Of a stretch of DNA of 64,000 bases, positions 9,220 through 18,761 are shown in pieces. The stretch comes from Alphaproteobacteria bacterium (lineage in GTDB: Bacteria; Pseudomonadota; Alphaproteobacteria; Rhizobiales; CAJQND01). The notes under the pieces are model-generated. The model was not told where the DNA came from, ran no database searches, and saw only the letters and a list, made by a program, of their open reading frames with translations. Location: the NCBI GenBank assembly GCA_024227565.1, contig JAAEUE010000333.1:10893-74892 (forward strand), in the 5' to 3' direction. Made by a program: the position numbers and the translations under genes. Each line of letters opens with the position of its first letter. The first letter of the stretch is position 1.

Positions 9220-10998
9220 ATGAGCGAAAATCAGGCGGCGCCCAGCACGCGCGCAATCTTTGCCGCATTGGGCGCCGCCTCGATCATCTTTCATCTCGGC
9301 CTGATCTTCTATGGCCTGGTGCCCAACCTGATTGCGCGGCCGGTCCACATGATGCTGGCCTTGCCGTGGATCTTCATCTTCGCGGCCAAAACCAAGGCCG
9401 AGCGTTATTCCGGATGGGCGCTCGCCGCCGCCGGGATGGCGTGTTGCCTCTACATCGTTTTCAACGAAGCTGAACTGAGCGACCAATACGGCGCGCTCTA
9501 TGGCCAGCATCAAATGGTGATGGCCGTGGTCCTGCTGCTGGTGGTGCTGGAAATGGCGCGCCGGGCCATCGGCTGGCCGTTGCCGCTGGTTGCCACTCTT
9601 GCCCTGGCCTACGGCCTGTGGGGCCAATATCTGCCGGGCGAATTTGGCCACCCGGGGCTTCCTGCGGTGAGTTTCCTGGGCACTTTGACCGTGGCAGAGG
9701 GCGGTGTTTGGGGAAGTCTCACCGGCATTTCGGTGGGCGTGGTGGCGATCTTCGTCATCTTTGGCGCGGTTTTGAATGCTGGCGAGGCCGGCCAAGGGTT
9801 CATGAACCTGGCAGCTGCCGCCGCTGGCCGGCTCAAAGGCGGTGCTGCCAAAGTGTCGGTTCTCTCATCGGCCTTGTTCGGCTCCATCTCGGGGTCGGCC
9901 TCCGCGAACGTAGCCTCCACCGGCGCGGTCACCCTTCCAGCCATGCGCAAGCTTGGCTACCCGCGTGCGCTTGCCGGTGCAGTTGAGGCGGTGGCCTCAT
10001 CGGGCGGGCAAATCATGCCGCCCTTGATGGGGGCAGGGGCCTTCGTGATGGTGGAGCTTACAGGTGTGCCCTACACCTCCATCGTGCTGGCCGCCCTGTT
10101 GCCGGCCATCCTCTATTTTGCCGCGGTGTGGGTGGGGATCGACGCCTTTGCCCAGCGCCACGATCTGCCGGCGCTCAAAATCGAGGATCGCCCGGCCAAG
10201 CCCGACGTGCTTATCACTTCCGCATTCTTCGCTGTCCCCTTCGCCATTCTTCTGGAGCGCATGTTCGTCGGGGGTTTCACCCCGCAATATGCGGCTTGTG
10301 TGGCCATTCTGGCCGGCGGCGCCATGTTGCTGCTGGATGGCAAGCTCACCCTGTCTTGGCCCCGCACCCTGCAGCGTTTTGAGGCCGCGGCGCTTGGGGC
10401 AGGGCGCCAGATTGCCACCATCGCCTCCATCATCCTGTGTGCCAGCATTGTGATCGGCGTGCTCGGGCAAACCGGGCTTGGCGTCAAAATAACCTCTCTC
10501 ATCCTGTCGGCATCAGGCGGCACCTTGTGGCCGGCTCTGCTGCTCACGGCGTTGGCCTGCCTGGTGCTTGGCATGGAAGTGCCTACCACGGCGGCCTATG
10601 TCATCTGTATATCGGTGGCTGGGCCCGCCTTGCAGAAGCTGGGGCTGGAGCCCCTGCAGGCGCATCTCTTCGTGTTCTGGTTTGCCTTGCTGTCCACAAT
10701 CACGCCGCCGGTCTGCGGCGCCGTGTTCATCGCCGCGGGCATGGTGGAGGAAAACTGGTTGAAGGTGGCCGGCCGCGCCATGGTTCTGGGGATTGGTCTC
10801 TACCTCATTCCCCTCGGCATGATTGCCAACCCTGATCTGATCAGGCTGGAGACAAGCACGGACTTTGCTGTGCTCGCAGCTCTCAAGATCGGCATTGGCC
10901 TCGCGGCAATCTCCTTTGGCATCATCGCGCCCAAACCAATCTGGCTGCGATCCACCCTGGTTGTTGCGGGCTTTGCTGCCTTGTTTTTCGCATACTGA
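9220..10998 (+). CDS. TRAP transporter fused permease (4TM/12TM)
   Basis: GSISGSASANVASTG, ASSGGQIMPPLMGAGAF, GMEVPTTAAY and ITPPVC. Highly hydrophobic. Confidence 0.92.
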   Translation: MSENQAAPSTRAIFAALGAASIIFHLGLIFYGLVPNLIARPVHMMLALPWIFIFAAKTKAERYSGWALAAAGMACCLYIVFNEAELSDQYGALYGQHQMVMAVVLLLVVLEMARRAIGWPLPLVATLALAYGLWGQYLPGEFGHPGLPAVSFLGTLTVAEGGVWGSLTGISVGVVAIFVIFGAVLNAGEAGQGFMNLAAAAAGRLKGGAAKVSVLSSALFGSISGSASANVASTGAVTLPAMRKLGYPRALAGAVEAVASSGGQIMPPLMGAGAFVMVELTGVPYTSIVLAALLPAILYFAAVWVGIDAFAQRHDLPALKIEDRPAKPDVLITSAFFAVPFAILLERMFVGGFTPQYAACVAILAGGAMLLLDGKLTLSWPRTLQRFEAAALGAGRQIATIASIILCASIVIGVLGQTGLGVKITSLILSASGGTLWPALLLTALACLVLGMEVPTTAAYVICISVAGPALQKLGLEPLQAHLFVFWFALLSTITPPVCGAVFIAAGMVEENWLKVAGRAMVLGIGLYLIPLGMIANPDLIRLETSTDFAVLAALKIGIGLAAISFGIIAPKPIWLRSTLVVAGFAALFFAY

Positions 10999-11081
10999 AA
11001 GCCCGAGCCCTTTCGCACCTCTCATGGCTTGGTGTATTTCTCGTCTTCGCGTTCGTCTCCCATCCTCAAAGGATCTCCTCC

Positions 11082-12071
11082 ATGCCTACAGCACTTATCC
11101 AGGGCCGCGTTGCCACAGAACACACCGACAGGCTGCGCAGCCTGCTGGACGACGATTGGCAGGTGCTCGAGTGGGATCCGCGCAAGCACGCGGTTGAAGA
11201 GTTCGCGCCCATGGTGGTGCAGGCGGACGTGGTGATCGGCGGCAAGATCCCGCTGGAAACCTGGCCCGAAACCCCCAACCTCAAACTCTTCCAGATCCCC
11301 TGGACCGGCTATGACTTCTTCAAGACAGACGACATCCCGGCCGGCATCCAGGTGTGCAACTGCTTCGAGCATGAAACCGCCATTGCCGAATATGTGCTGC
11401 TGGCCATGCTGGAATGGCAAATCGGCCTGCGCAAAATGGATAAGGGCTTCCGGGACAATGGCTGGGGCGGGCGCGGTCCGGGCGAGAGCCTGGTGCATGG
11501 CGAGGTTCTGAACCGCACTGTGGGCATTGTGGGCTATGGCCACATCGGCGCCGAGGTGGCCAAGCGTGCCAAGGGCTTCGACATGCGCATCATCGGCGTG
11601 CGCCGCAGCCAGCAGCCAACACCGGAAAACCTCGATTGGCTGGGCGGACCCGGCCGGCTTGATGAACTGATGGCGGAAAGTGATTTCGTGGTCATCGCCT
11701 GTGATCTCAACGACGAGACCCGCAGCATGATCAATGCCGAACGCCTCGCGAAGATGAAGCCTGACGGTGTCATCATCAACGTCTCGCGCGGCGCGGTTAT
11801 CGAAGAGCAGGCGCTCTACGAGGCCTTGGAGCAAAAGACCATCGGCGGGGCCGTGATCGACGTCTGGTACAACTACATGAAGCCCGATCAACCCGAGCCC
11901 TGGCCCACGAACTATCCGTTTGAGAAGCTCGACAACATCATCACCTCTGCGCACGAATGCGGCTGGACCCTGGAACAGGTGGCCCGCCGTTGGGACTTCG
12001 TGGTGTCCAACATAGAGCATGCCATGCGCGGCGATCCGGTCAACAACGTGGTCTTCACCGGCACCCAGTAA
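11082..12071 (+). CDS. D-isomer-specific 2-hydroxyacid dehydrogenase family protein
   Basis: GIVGYGHIG, INVSRG, DVW and SAH (catalytic His). Confidence 0.88.
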   Translation: MPTALIQGRVATEHTDRLRSLLDDDWQVLEWDPRKHAVEEFAPMVVQADVVIGGKIPLETWPETPNLKLFQIPWTGYDFFKTDDIPAGIQVCNCFEHETAIAEYVLLAMLEWQIGLRKMDKGFRDNGWGGRGPGESLVHGEVLNRTVGIVGYGHIGAEVAKRAKGFDMRIIGVRRSQQPTPENLDWLGGPGRLDELMAESDFVVIACDLNDETRSMINAERLAKMKPDGVIINVSRGAVIEEQALYEALEQKTIGGAVIDVWYNYMKPDQPEPWPTNYPFEKLDNIITSAHECGWTLEQVARRWDFVVSNIEHAMRGDPVNNVVFTGTQ

Positions 12072-12107
12072 GGCGCCGAACAAGAACAGCTACAGGAAGG
12101 AAAGCCG

Positions 12108-12431
12108 ATGCCCTTATACGAACTGCGCACCTACACGCTTTATGTGGGAAAGCTCGCCGAGGCGGTGAAACTCTACCAGGAGATCGCCTGGCCCGCGCTT
12201 CAAGCGGGCGGCTTCGACTCCAAGCTGATCGGCTATTTCACCTCAGATGTGGGAACCCTCAACAGCCTGGTGCACCTGTGGAAGTTCGACGACGACGCCG
12301 ACCGCCGGGCCCATTGGGGCAAGCTGTTTCAGGATGATGACTTCATGAGTTTCGCAGGTCAGTTCCGTCCGCTGGTGATCGAACAGAAAAACCAGCTCCT
12401 GCTGCAGGCGCCCTGGGGCCCTCATCCTTGA
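12108..12431 (+). CDS. NIPSNAP family protein
   Basis: YELRTY, LIGYF.SDVG.LN.LVHLW and DRRA. Confidence 0.88.
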   Translation: MPLYELRTYTLYVGKLAEAVKLYQEIAWPALQAGGFDSKLIGYFTSDVGTLNSLVHLWKFDDDADRRAHWGKLFQDDDFMSFAGQFRPLVIEQKNQLLLQAPWGPHP

Positions 12432-12439
12432 AGTGAGTT

Positions 12440-13360
12440 CTAGGCCGCGCCATTCCGGTAAGGGCTGAGCAATGCGTACACGGTCCTGTTCACCGGCGCG
12501 TCCAGACCGGCGGCTTGCGACAGCCGGTCAACGGCGCCGGATATCCAGTCGATCTCAAGCGGGCGGCCATTTTCCAGGTCAATCGCTGTGGAGGCCCGCA
12601 TCTTGGGTGGCAGGTTTTGCGTGGCCGCCCAGATATCGGCTTCGATGGTGTCGGGCAACGCCACGCCGCGGGCTCTGCCAAGGGCGGCCGTCTCCGCCAG
12701 GATGGCCTGGAAGAGGGCGCCCAGATCATCGTTCCCCACGATATCGCTGATGGTGCAGCGCGCCGCCGCCGTGACGCCGGATACGGCGGAAAACAAGACA
12801 AATTTCGACCAGAGATCCCGCACGATATCGTCCGTGGCGGGCGAAGAGGAGCCCGCCTCGTTGATCGCATCCCTCAGTACATCCACCCGCGCCGATGCAC
12901 GGCTGTCGCGTTCAGCCACGATGAAACGGTTGAACTCGCCGGTCTGTTTGATGACGCCGGGCGCAGCGATGGTGGTCGACACTTGCGCAACCCCATTGCC
13001 CACATTCGCCTCCGGAAGGATGTCGGCCAGCATGTCGGAGGCCTCAACACCGTTGAGAAACGGCACCACAATGGTGTCCCGCCCTACCATAGGCCTGCAG
13101 GCTTCGGCAGCAGCCTTTAGGGCATCGCCTTTGACCCCGAAGATGATCACATCGACCTCGCCGACGTCAGCAGGGTCATCTGTGGCGATCCAGGGTTTGA
13201 TTGTGTGTTGGCCGTCAAACCCGTCGAGCGCAAGACCGTTCGCCCTGATCGCATCAAGATGTGCACGGCGGGCAATGGTGGCAACCTCATGGCCGGTGTT
13301 TGCCAGGCGCACCGCCAAATAGCCCCCGATGCCGCCTGTTGCCATTGTTGCAATTTTCAT
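12440..13360 (-). CDS. panE: 2-dehydropantoate 2-reductase (PanE/ApbA family)
   Basis: GGIGGY, LNGVE, WSKF and STAIDLENGRPLEIDWISG. Confidence 0.8.
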   Translation of the reverse strand: MKIATMATGGIGGYLAVRLANTGHEVATIARRAHLDAIRANGLALDGFDGQHTIKPWIATDDPADVGEVDVIIFGVKGDALKAAAEACRPMVGRDTIVVPFLNGVEASDMLADILPEANVGNGVAQVSTTIAAPGVIKQTGEFNRFIVAERDSRASARVDVLRDAINEAGSSSPATDDIVRDLWSKFVLFSAVSGVTAAARCTISDIVGNDDLGALFQAILAETAALGRARGVALPDTIEADIWAATQNLPPKMRASTAIDLENGRPLEIDWISGAVDRLSQAAGLDAPVNRTVYALLSPYRNGAA

Positions 13361-13386
13361 TGTGTTCTTCCTTGTGCCTGCTCACG

Positions 13387-14229
13387 CTAAAGCGTGACAG
13401 TGCCTTCTATAAGCAGATTGGTCCGCCCGCCTATCAGGATAGTGCCCGCTCCGGGGCGGATATGCACCCGCCCCACGCGGCCGATCTGTGTGCCTTGGGC
13501 AATGGTCAGGCTGTGCTCAAGCCGGCCTTGCCCAGCCATCCACTGGGCCAGCGCAGCATTCAGGGACCCGGTGATCGGGTCTTCCTTCATGCCGCTGGAG
13601 GGGGCCAGCATGCGCACTTCATAGTCGCAACCAGACCCTGCCGGGTGCGGGCCGATGAGCCCGATGGACTTGAACTCCGGCCACCGGACCTTGCCAGCGT
13701 CCACGCCGAGCACTGCATCGGCGCTTTCAAGCTCCAGCACCTGCCAGACCGGTCCGTTGTTCAGCTTTGCGGTTTTCACAACGCTGGCCTCGGGCAGGTC
13801 AAGCGCTGCGCAGATCGCCTGGAAGTCGGCCTTCGGCAGCGGCTCAACAGATGTGGGCGGTGCCTCGAAGGCCGGGATGTCGCCATCGGTGTGGATCGGC
13901 ACAAGGCCAACCCCGCACTCCTGCATCACGACGCCTTCTTGCTTGGGCGTGCCGCCGGCATGGAGCCAGGAGAAGCAGCTTCCCAATGTGGGGTGGCCGG
14001 CAAACAGCATCTCGCGCACGGTGGTGAAGATCCGCACCTTGTAGTCGGCGCCAGGATCGGTTGGCGGCAGCAGGAAGGTTGTTTCCGCCAGGTTTGTCCA
14101 CGCGGCGAACTCCTGCATCTGCGCATAAGACAGGCCCTCGCCGTCCAGCACCACCGCAAGCCCGTTGCCCTTGGTCGGCTCTGCGCTGAACACATCGCAT
14201 TGAATGAAGCGCCGCTGGCGGCCCGTCAT
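13387..14229 (-). CDS. PhzF family isomerase/epimerase
   Basis: DVF..GNGLAVV, NLAETTF, FAGHPTLG and EDPITGS. Confidence 0.9.
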   Translation of the reverse strand: MTGRQRRFIQCDVFSAEPTKGNGLAVVLDGEGLSYAQMQEFAAWTNLAETTFLLPPTDPGADYKVRIFTTVREMLFAGHPTLGSCFSWLHAGGTPKQEGVVMQECGVGLVPIHTDGDIPAFEAPPTSVEPLPKADFQAICAALDLPEASVVKTAKLNNGPVWQVLELESADAVLGVDAGKVRWPEFKSIGLIGPHPAGSGCDYEVRMLAPSSGMKEDPITGSLNAALAQWMAGQGRLEHSLTIAQGTQIGRVGRVHIRPGAGTILIGGRTNLLIEGTVTL

Positions 14230-15737
14230 TTGGTCACGTTGAACTTGCGCACCGGGGATTCAGAGCCGTTGTGATAGACAAGCTGCACGTTCATCGCCGC
14301 CGTGGACGAGGGGATCTTCATGTGGATCTTGGCATTTTGCGGCACCGCGTGCGGGTTGCCCGGATCACATGCCGGCAACTTCCAAACCTTGTCTGGGGCC
14401 GTATCCCCCACACTGTAGCGCACCTGTTTGATGCCGCAGCGATAGCTGATCAGGTGGGTGAAATAGACCTGCAGGCCGTTGTATTCGCGAAACGCGATCC
14501 ATGCGGTCCAGAGCTGCTCCAGGATCTTGCGCTGGCCTTCCGCCAGGGCCGCATTGGGATTGAACGCAATCGGGAAGACGTCCGCCTGTTCGCCCCTTTT
14601 GTCGCGCCAGGTTACATAGATCGTGGCCGGCGGATGATCGCCGGGCAGCACGAAATTGGTCTTGGGCATGCGCTTGCCGGTGCGCTGGTCCAGATGGTCG
14701 TGAAACCCGGGGTCCACGAAGGATCCATTTTCCCCAACCCTGTAACCAAACTGCGTGGCCGCTTCGGGCAGAGACACGTTGACCATCCAGCCCGCGTTGG
14801 AACGCATGAAGTTGACCAGCGGTTCAGGGGTGGACGGGGGCAGGGCGGCCAGCTTTTGCTCCTGCTTGGGCAACACGCTCTTGGCGCCGCCTTCCACCAG
14901 CGAGGTCACGGCGCCTGCCGCGGTTCCGCCTTTGGGGGCAAGATAAAGATCACCGATAATCTGGTCGTAGTAGGCCGGCGTCTGCTCGTGGCCCACTTTG
15001 CGGGCAAGCTTGCGCACATGAACCTGGGTGCGTTTGGCAACCTGCACCATGGAGAGGTCCGGCTTGTTCAGTTCAGCCAACAATGTGCGGGTGAAAACCG
15101 AATTCTGGTGCGCGTCGTTTTCCCCCAAACGGTCCAGCGCAGCCTGGCCCGAACCGGCCGAATAGAGCACGAACATGCCTTCCGCCGGCGACATGCGCGC
15201 CAGGCCGCGGGTGCCGGCAAGAGAACGCTTGCCTTTGACGGCAAATGGATTGTCCCGGCAGGCATCAAGGATCATCACCGCCGTGGCAGCCCCCTTGTTC
15301 CGCAACCGGTCGGCAAGGCCGTTTGCCGCAAATGAAGCGTCGGCCACGATGCCCTCTTCACCAGGACCGGCTTTTGGAACGTCTACGGGCAGCAGGTAGT
15401 TGGTGCCGTTGATGGCAAAGCCGTGGCCGGCAAAAAACAGCAAGGCAACGTCGCCTGGCTCGATCTTGCGCTCAAACTCCACCAGCGCACGGCTCATCGC
15501 GCGGCGCCCCACATCCTGGGCTGACAACACGTCAAACCCAAGCTGCGTCAGGGCCTCGCCCATGGATGTCGCATCATTGCGCGCCTTCTGAAGCACCGGC
15601 ACGCTTTCATAGGTGTCATTGCCGATCACCAACGCCACCCGTTTGGCCCAGGCCTGGGGTGCGGCTGCACCAGCCCAAACCGCAACAGCCAGACAAAACG
15701 CAGCCAGATATCGTGTAACACTCGAAGAGAAAGCCAT
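14226..15737 (-). CDS. Exported caspase-family (peptidase C14) protein with an unassigned C-terminal region
   Basis: RVALVIGN, FAGHG and DACR (His/Cys dyad). Signal peptide from ATG 15737 after a GGAG RBS. Confidence 0.85.
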   Translation of the reverse strand: MAFSSSVTRYLAAFCLAVAVWAGAAAPQAWAKRVALVIGNDTYESVPVLQKARNDATSMGEALTQLGFDVLSAQDVGRRAMSRALVEFERKIEPGDVALLFFAGHGFAINGTNYLLPVDVPKAGPGEEGIVADASFAANGLADRLRNKGAATAVMILDACRDNPFAVKGKRSLAGTRGLARMSPAEGMFVLYSAGSGQAALDRLGENDAHQNSVFTRTLLAELNKPDLSMVQVAKRTQVHVRKLARKVGHEQTPAYYDQIIGDLYLAPKGGTAAGAVTSLVEGGAKSVLPKQEQKLAALPPSTPEPLVNFMRSNAGWMVNVSLPEAATQFGYRVGENGSFVDPGFHDHLDQRTGKRMPKTNFVLPGDHPPATIYVTWRDKRGEQADVFPIAFNPNAALAEGQRKILEQLWTAWIAFREYNGLQVYFTHLISYRCGIKQVRYSVGDTAPDKVWKLPACDPGNPHAVPQNAKIHMKIPSSTAAMNVQLVYHNGSESPVRKFNVTK

Positions 15738-15922
15738 GTGGGTCGATGCTCCTGCAGTCTGGCAGCGCGGCCAGGGTGTTTGCCTCCTTGCTAAATACTG
15801 GCGGCGGGAGAGTCCGTCAATGTGGCCCGCAAGGTAGGCCAATGGAAAGATACGTTTCGAGGCTTGCGCGAATGGCCTAGAGTGTAATGACAGCAACCAC
15901 ATTCCTAGAGGGTTTTGAACAC

Positions 15923-16333
15923 ATGAAGATCGATGGACAATGCCATTGTGGTGAAATCGCCTATGAGGCCGAACTTGATTTGGAGAAGGTCGCGATTTGC
16001 CACTGCACAGATTGCCAGGCCCTGTCGGCCTCAGCATTCAGAACGGTCGCGGTCGTGTCAGGAGACACCTTCCAGATCACGAAAGGCGCGCCTAAGAAAT
16101 ATGTGAAGCTTGGAGACAGCGGAAACCCGCGCATCCAGGCGTTCTGCCCCAATTGCGGGTCTGCCTTGTATGCATCTGATGTGAGCGACACTCCAGCAGC
16201 CTACAATCTGCGCGCCGGGACCATACGTCAGCGCGCAGACCTTGTTCCCAAGGTTGAGTATTGGCGTCAATCAGCGCTGCCCTGGCTGCCGGAGAACAAG
16301 GGCACGCGTAAGTTTGACCAAAACCCGAAATAG
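15923..16333 (+). CDS. GFA/CENP-V family Zn-binding protein
   Basis: GQCHCG, CHCTDCQ and FCPNCGS. Confidence 0.88.
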   Translation: MKIDGQCHCGEIAYEAELDLEKVAICHCTDCQALSASAFRTVAVVSGDTFQITKGAPKKYVKLGDSGNPRIQAFCPNCGSALYASDVSDTPAAYNLRAGTIRQRADLVPKVEYWRQSALPWLPENKGTRKFDQNPK

Positions 16334-16468
16334 CAACAAAACGAACCCGAGAAAGGAATGCGCGCAACCGGTCACGGCACCAAACTGATTGTGATAAAGC
16401 TTGCCTTGACTTCGAAGCCGAAGCGCCACCCTCTCTGCCCAAATGCGATCATCATGCGAGAGCCCCAA

Positions 16469-18751
16469 ATGCCCCTCTTGAAGCTTCTGACCTCCACTTT
16501 CGTTGTCCTTGCTCTGACACTCACGGGCGCCGCTGCGGAAGGCGCCAAGCGTCTCCTCAAAGAGGCATCCCCCTACTTGCGCCAGCATGCGGACAACCCG
16601 GTCAACTGGTATCCCTGGGGGCCTGAAGCGCTGGCCAAGGCGAAAACGGAAAACAAGCCGATCTATCTGTCGGTTGGCTATTCCACCTGCCACTGGTGCC
16701 ATGTGATGGAACGCGAAAGCTTCATGGACAAAAAGATCGCGGCGTATCTCAACGAGCACTTCATCGCGATCAAGGTGGACCGCGAGCGCCGGCCGGATAT
16801 TGATGAGACGTTTATGCTGGTGACCGAGCTGATGGCACAGCGCGGCGGTTGGCCCAACAATGTGTTCCTGACCCCTGAGCTCACGCCATTTATGGGCGAA
16901 ACCTATCTGCCGCCGGAAGTGTTCACCCAGCTCATCACCAACATAGCCAATCGCTGGAAGACCAACGGCAAAGACATGCTGGCAGAAGCAGCCCAGATCC
17001 AAGAGATCGTCAACACGGTGATGCAGGCCAGGCTTGAGAGCGCGAAGATCACTCCGGAAATCCGCAGCCAGATCTCCGCCCAGCTGGCGTCAACCATCGA
17101 TCCCAAGGCTGGCGGCACGAAGGGCACGCCGAAATTTCCCAATGAGTCGCTGGTGCTCTATCTCCAGCATCAAAGCGCCCGCCACGGCGACGCAACGGCA
17201 ACTCAAGCGGTATCGGCAACCCTGGACGCAATCGTGCGCGGCGGCATCCATGATCACCTGGGCGGCGGCTTTCACCGTTACGCTCTGGATGAAAACTGGC
17301 GCGTGCCGCATTTTGAAAAGATGCTCTACAACCAGGCGCTCATCACCCGCGCCCTGGTCCACTCCTTCGCTTCAACCGGCAATCTGGCGCATGGCGAGGC
17401 GGCGCGTTCGGCTCTGGAGTTTGTGCTGCGCGAGATGACCACCAAGGACGGTGCCTTCATGTCAGCCTTCGATGCGGACAGCGTCAACGCCTCGGGCAAG
17501 AAGAAGGAGGGCGCATTCTACACCTGGCCCCACGGCGAGTTGCAGGAACACTTGAACGCCGGCGAGCTGCGCCTGCTTGAGATCGCATTCGGGGTCCGGT
17601 TTGAAGGCAACTTCGAGGCAGAAAACGTGCTCTACCTGAGCGGCGACAGGCAAGCCCAGCTGAAGGCCTTGGGAGTTACGGAAGCAGAATTTGAAACCAC
17701 CTTGAAATCGATCCGCCACAAGTTGATGGCGCTTCGGGTCAAGCGCAAGGCGCCCTACCGCGACGAAAAGGTGCTCACGGGTTGGAACGCGCTGATGATG
17801 CGCACCATGGCTGAAGCCGGCCGCATCTTCAACGATCCACGCTACGTGGAGGCCGCCGCCGCAAATGCTGAGTTCCTCTGGAAAAACATGCGCGGCGAAG
17901 GCGGAGAGCTCCTGCGTTACCGGTTTGAAGGAAAGTCAGAGCTGAGCGCCACCCAACAGGATTACGCCTTCCTCGGCAATGCCTTTGTCTCGCTCTATGA
18001 CGCCGGTGCCGGCGATCATTGGTTGACCGCGGCCGAAGAGATTTCCAAAGGTATGGACACCCTGTTCTTCGACGAGCAGGCCGGCGACTATTATTTTACA
18101 ACCGACGAGGTTGAATTCACCCGGCCCAAGGTCAAAACCGATGTCACGTTGCCCTCGGGCAATGCGGCGGCCCTGGAGCTGTTTGCCAGATTGGCCCGGC
18201 GTTCCCTGAAGCCTGAATATGGACAGCGGGCGGACTTGCTCTCTGCCAATATCTCGGGCCTCACCGTGCGGATGCCGGCCTCCACGCCTTATTCCCTCTA
18301 TGCCGCCGACGTCATGCGAAACGGTGAGGGTGGGCCCCTGCAATATCTCGGCAAAGGCAGGGTGAAGGCGGCAGTGGTGCGCCAAGCCGAAGGCAAACTA
18401 AGCGTACGCCTGGACATCGCAAAGGGTTGGCACGTGAATGCGCACGAAGTGAAGAACGATGCCTTCATACCCACTTCGCTCAGTGTGGGCACACGCAACA
18501 GTTCCTTGCCGGCGAAAATCAGTTACCCGGACTACAAGATGGTCAAGCTGGGCATCGCCCAGGAAGAACTGGCCCTCTATGAAGGCCAGGTCCAAATTGA
18601 CATCGGCCTGAAGGCCGACGGGAAGCTGCCGCAGGTTGTTACCTTGGAGGCCCAAGCCTGCAATGACGAAATCTGCCTTCTGCCGGAAACGGTCACGCTC
18701 AACATTCCACCGGCTAAGGCAAGTGCATTAAAGCCGGCCAAGTGTATGTAG
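16469..18751 (+). CDS. YyaL/SSP411 (DUF255) thioredoxin-domain protein with signal peptide and C-terminal DsbD-N-like domain
   Basis: [29 protein letters not shown] and PHFEKMLY. C-terminal GWHVNA...QACNDEICL. Confidence 0.85.
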   Translation: MPLLKLLTSTFVVLALTLTGAAAEGAKRLLKEASPYLRQHADNPVNWYPWGPEALAKAKTENKPIYLSVGYSTCHWCHVMERESFMDKKIAAYLNEHFIAIKVDRERRPDIDETFMLVTELMAQRGGWPNNVFLTPELTPFMGETYLPPEVFTQLITNIANRWKTNGKDMLAEAAQIQEIVNTVMQARLESAKITPEIRSQISAQLASTIDPKAGGTKGTPKFPNESLVLYLQHQSARHGDATATQAVSATLDAIVRGGIHDHLGGGFHRYALDENWRVPHFEKMLYNQALITRALVHSFASTGNLAHGEAARSALEFVLREMTTKDGAFMSAFDADSVNASGKKKEGAFYTWPHGELQEHLNAGELRLLEIAFGVRFEGNFEAENVLYLSGDRQAQLKALGVTEAEFETTLKSIRHKLMALRVKRKAPYRDEKVLTGWNALMMRTMAEAGRIFNDPRYVEAAAANAEFLWKNMRGEGGELLRYRFEGKSELSATQQDYAFLGNAFVSLYDAGAGDHWLTAAEEISKGMDTLFFDEQAGDYYFTTDEVEFTRPKVKTDVTLPSGNAAALELFARLARRSLKPEYGQRADLLSANISGLTVRMPASTPYSLYAADVMRNGEGGPLQYLGKGRVKAAVVRQAEGKLSVRLDIAKGWHVNAHEVKNDAFIPTSLSVGTRNSSLPAKISYPDYKMVKLGIAQEELALYEGQVQIDIGLKADGKLPQVVTLEAQACNDEICLLPETVTLNIPPAKASALKPAKCM

Positions 18752-18761
18752 GCAAATCGGG

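Noticed and set aside
13387-14229. Phenazine biosynthesis
   Set aside because: This is an isolated PhzF-family gene without phzA/B/D/E/G, and such homologues are widespread.
11022-15335. Long antisense ORFs (11022-12083, 13261-14274, 14271-15335)
   Set aside because: They overlap well-supported genes on the opposite strand and lack motifs, as expected for high-GC shadow ORFs.
14226-15737. Caspase-based anti-phage system (gasdermin, CHAT or Avs type)
   Set aside because: The protein has an export signal, and no gasdermin, NLR/STAND, TIR or cyclase gene is adjacent.
15738-16037. N-terminal extensions in the ORF track (caspase, also GH10 to 32754, GT2 to 43325, flippase from 36217, PepSY to 49334)
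   Set aside because: The extensions overlap neighbouring genes. Downstream starts have an RBS and/or signal peptide and match family N-termini.
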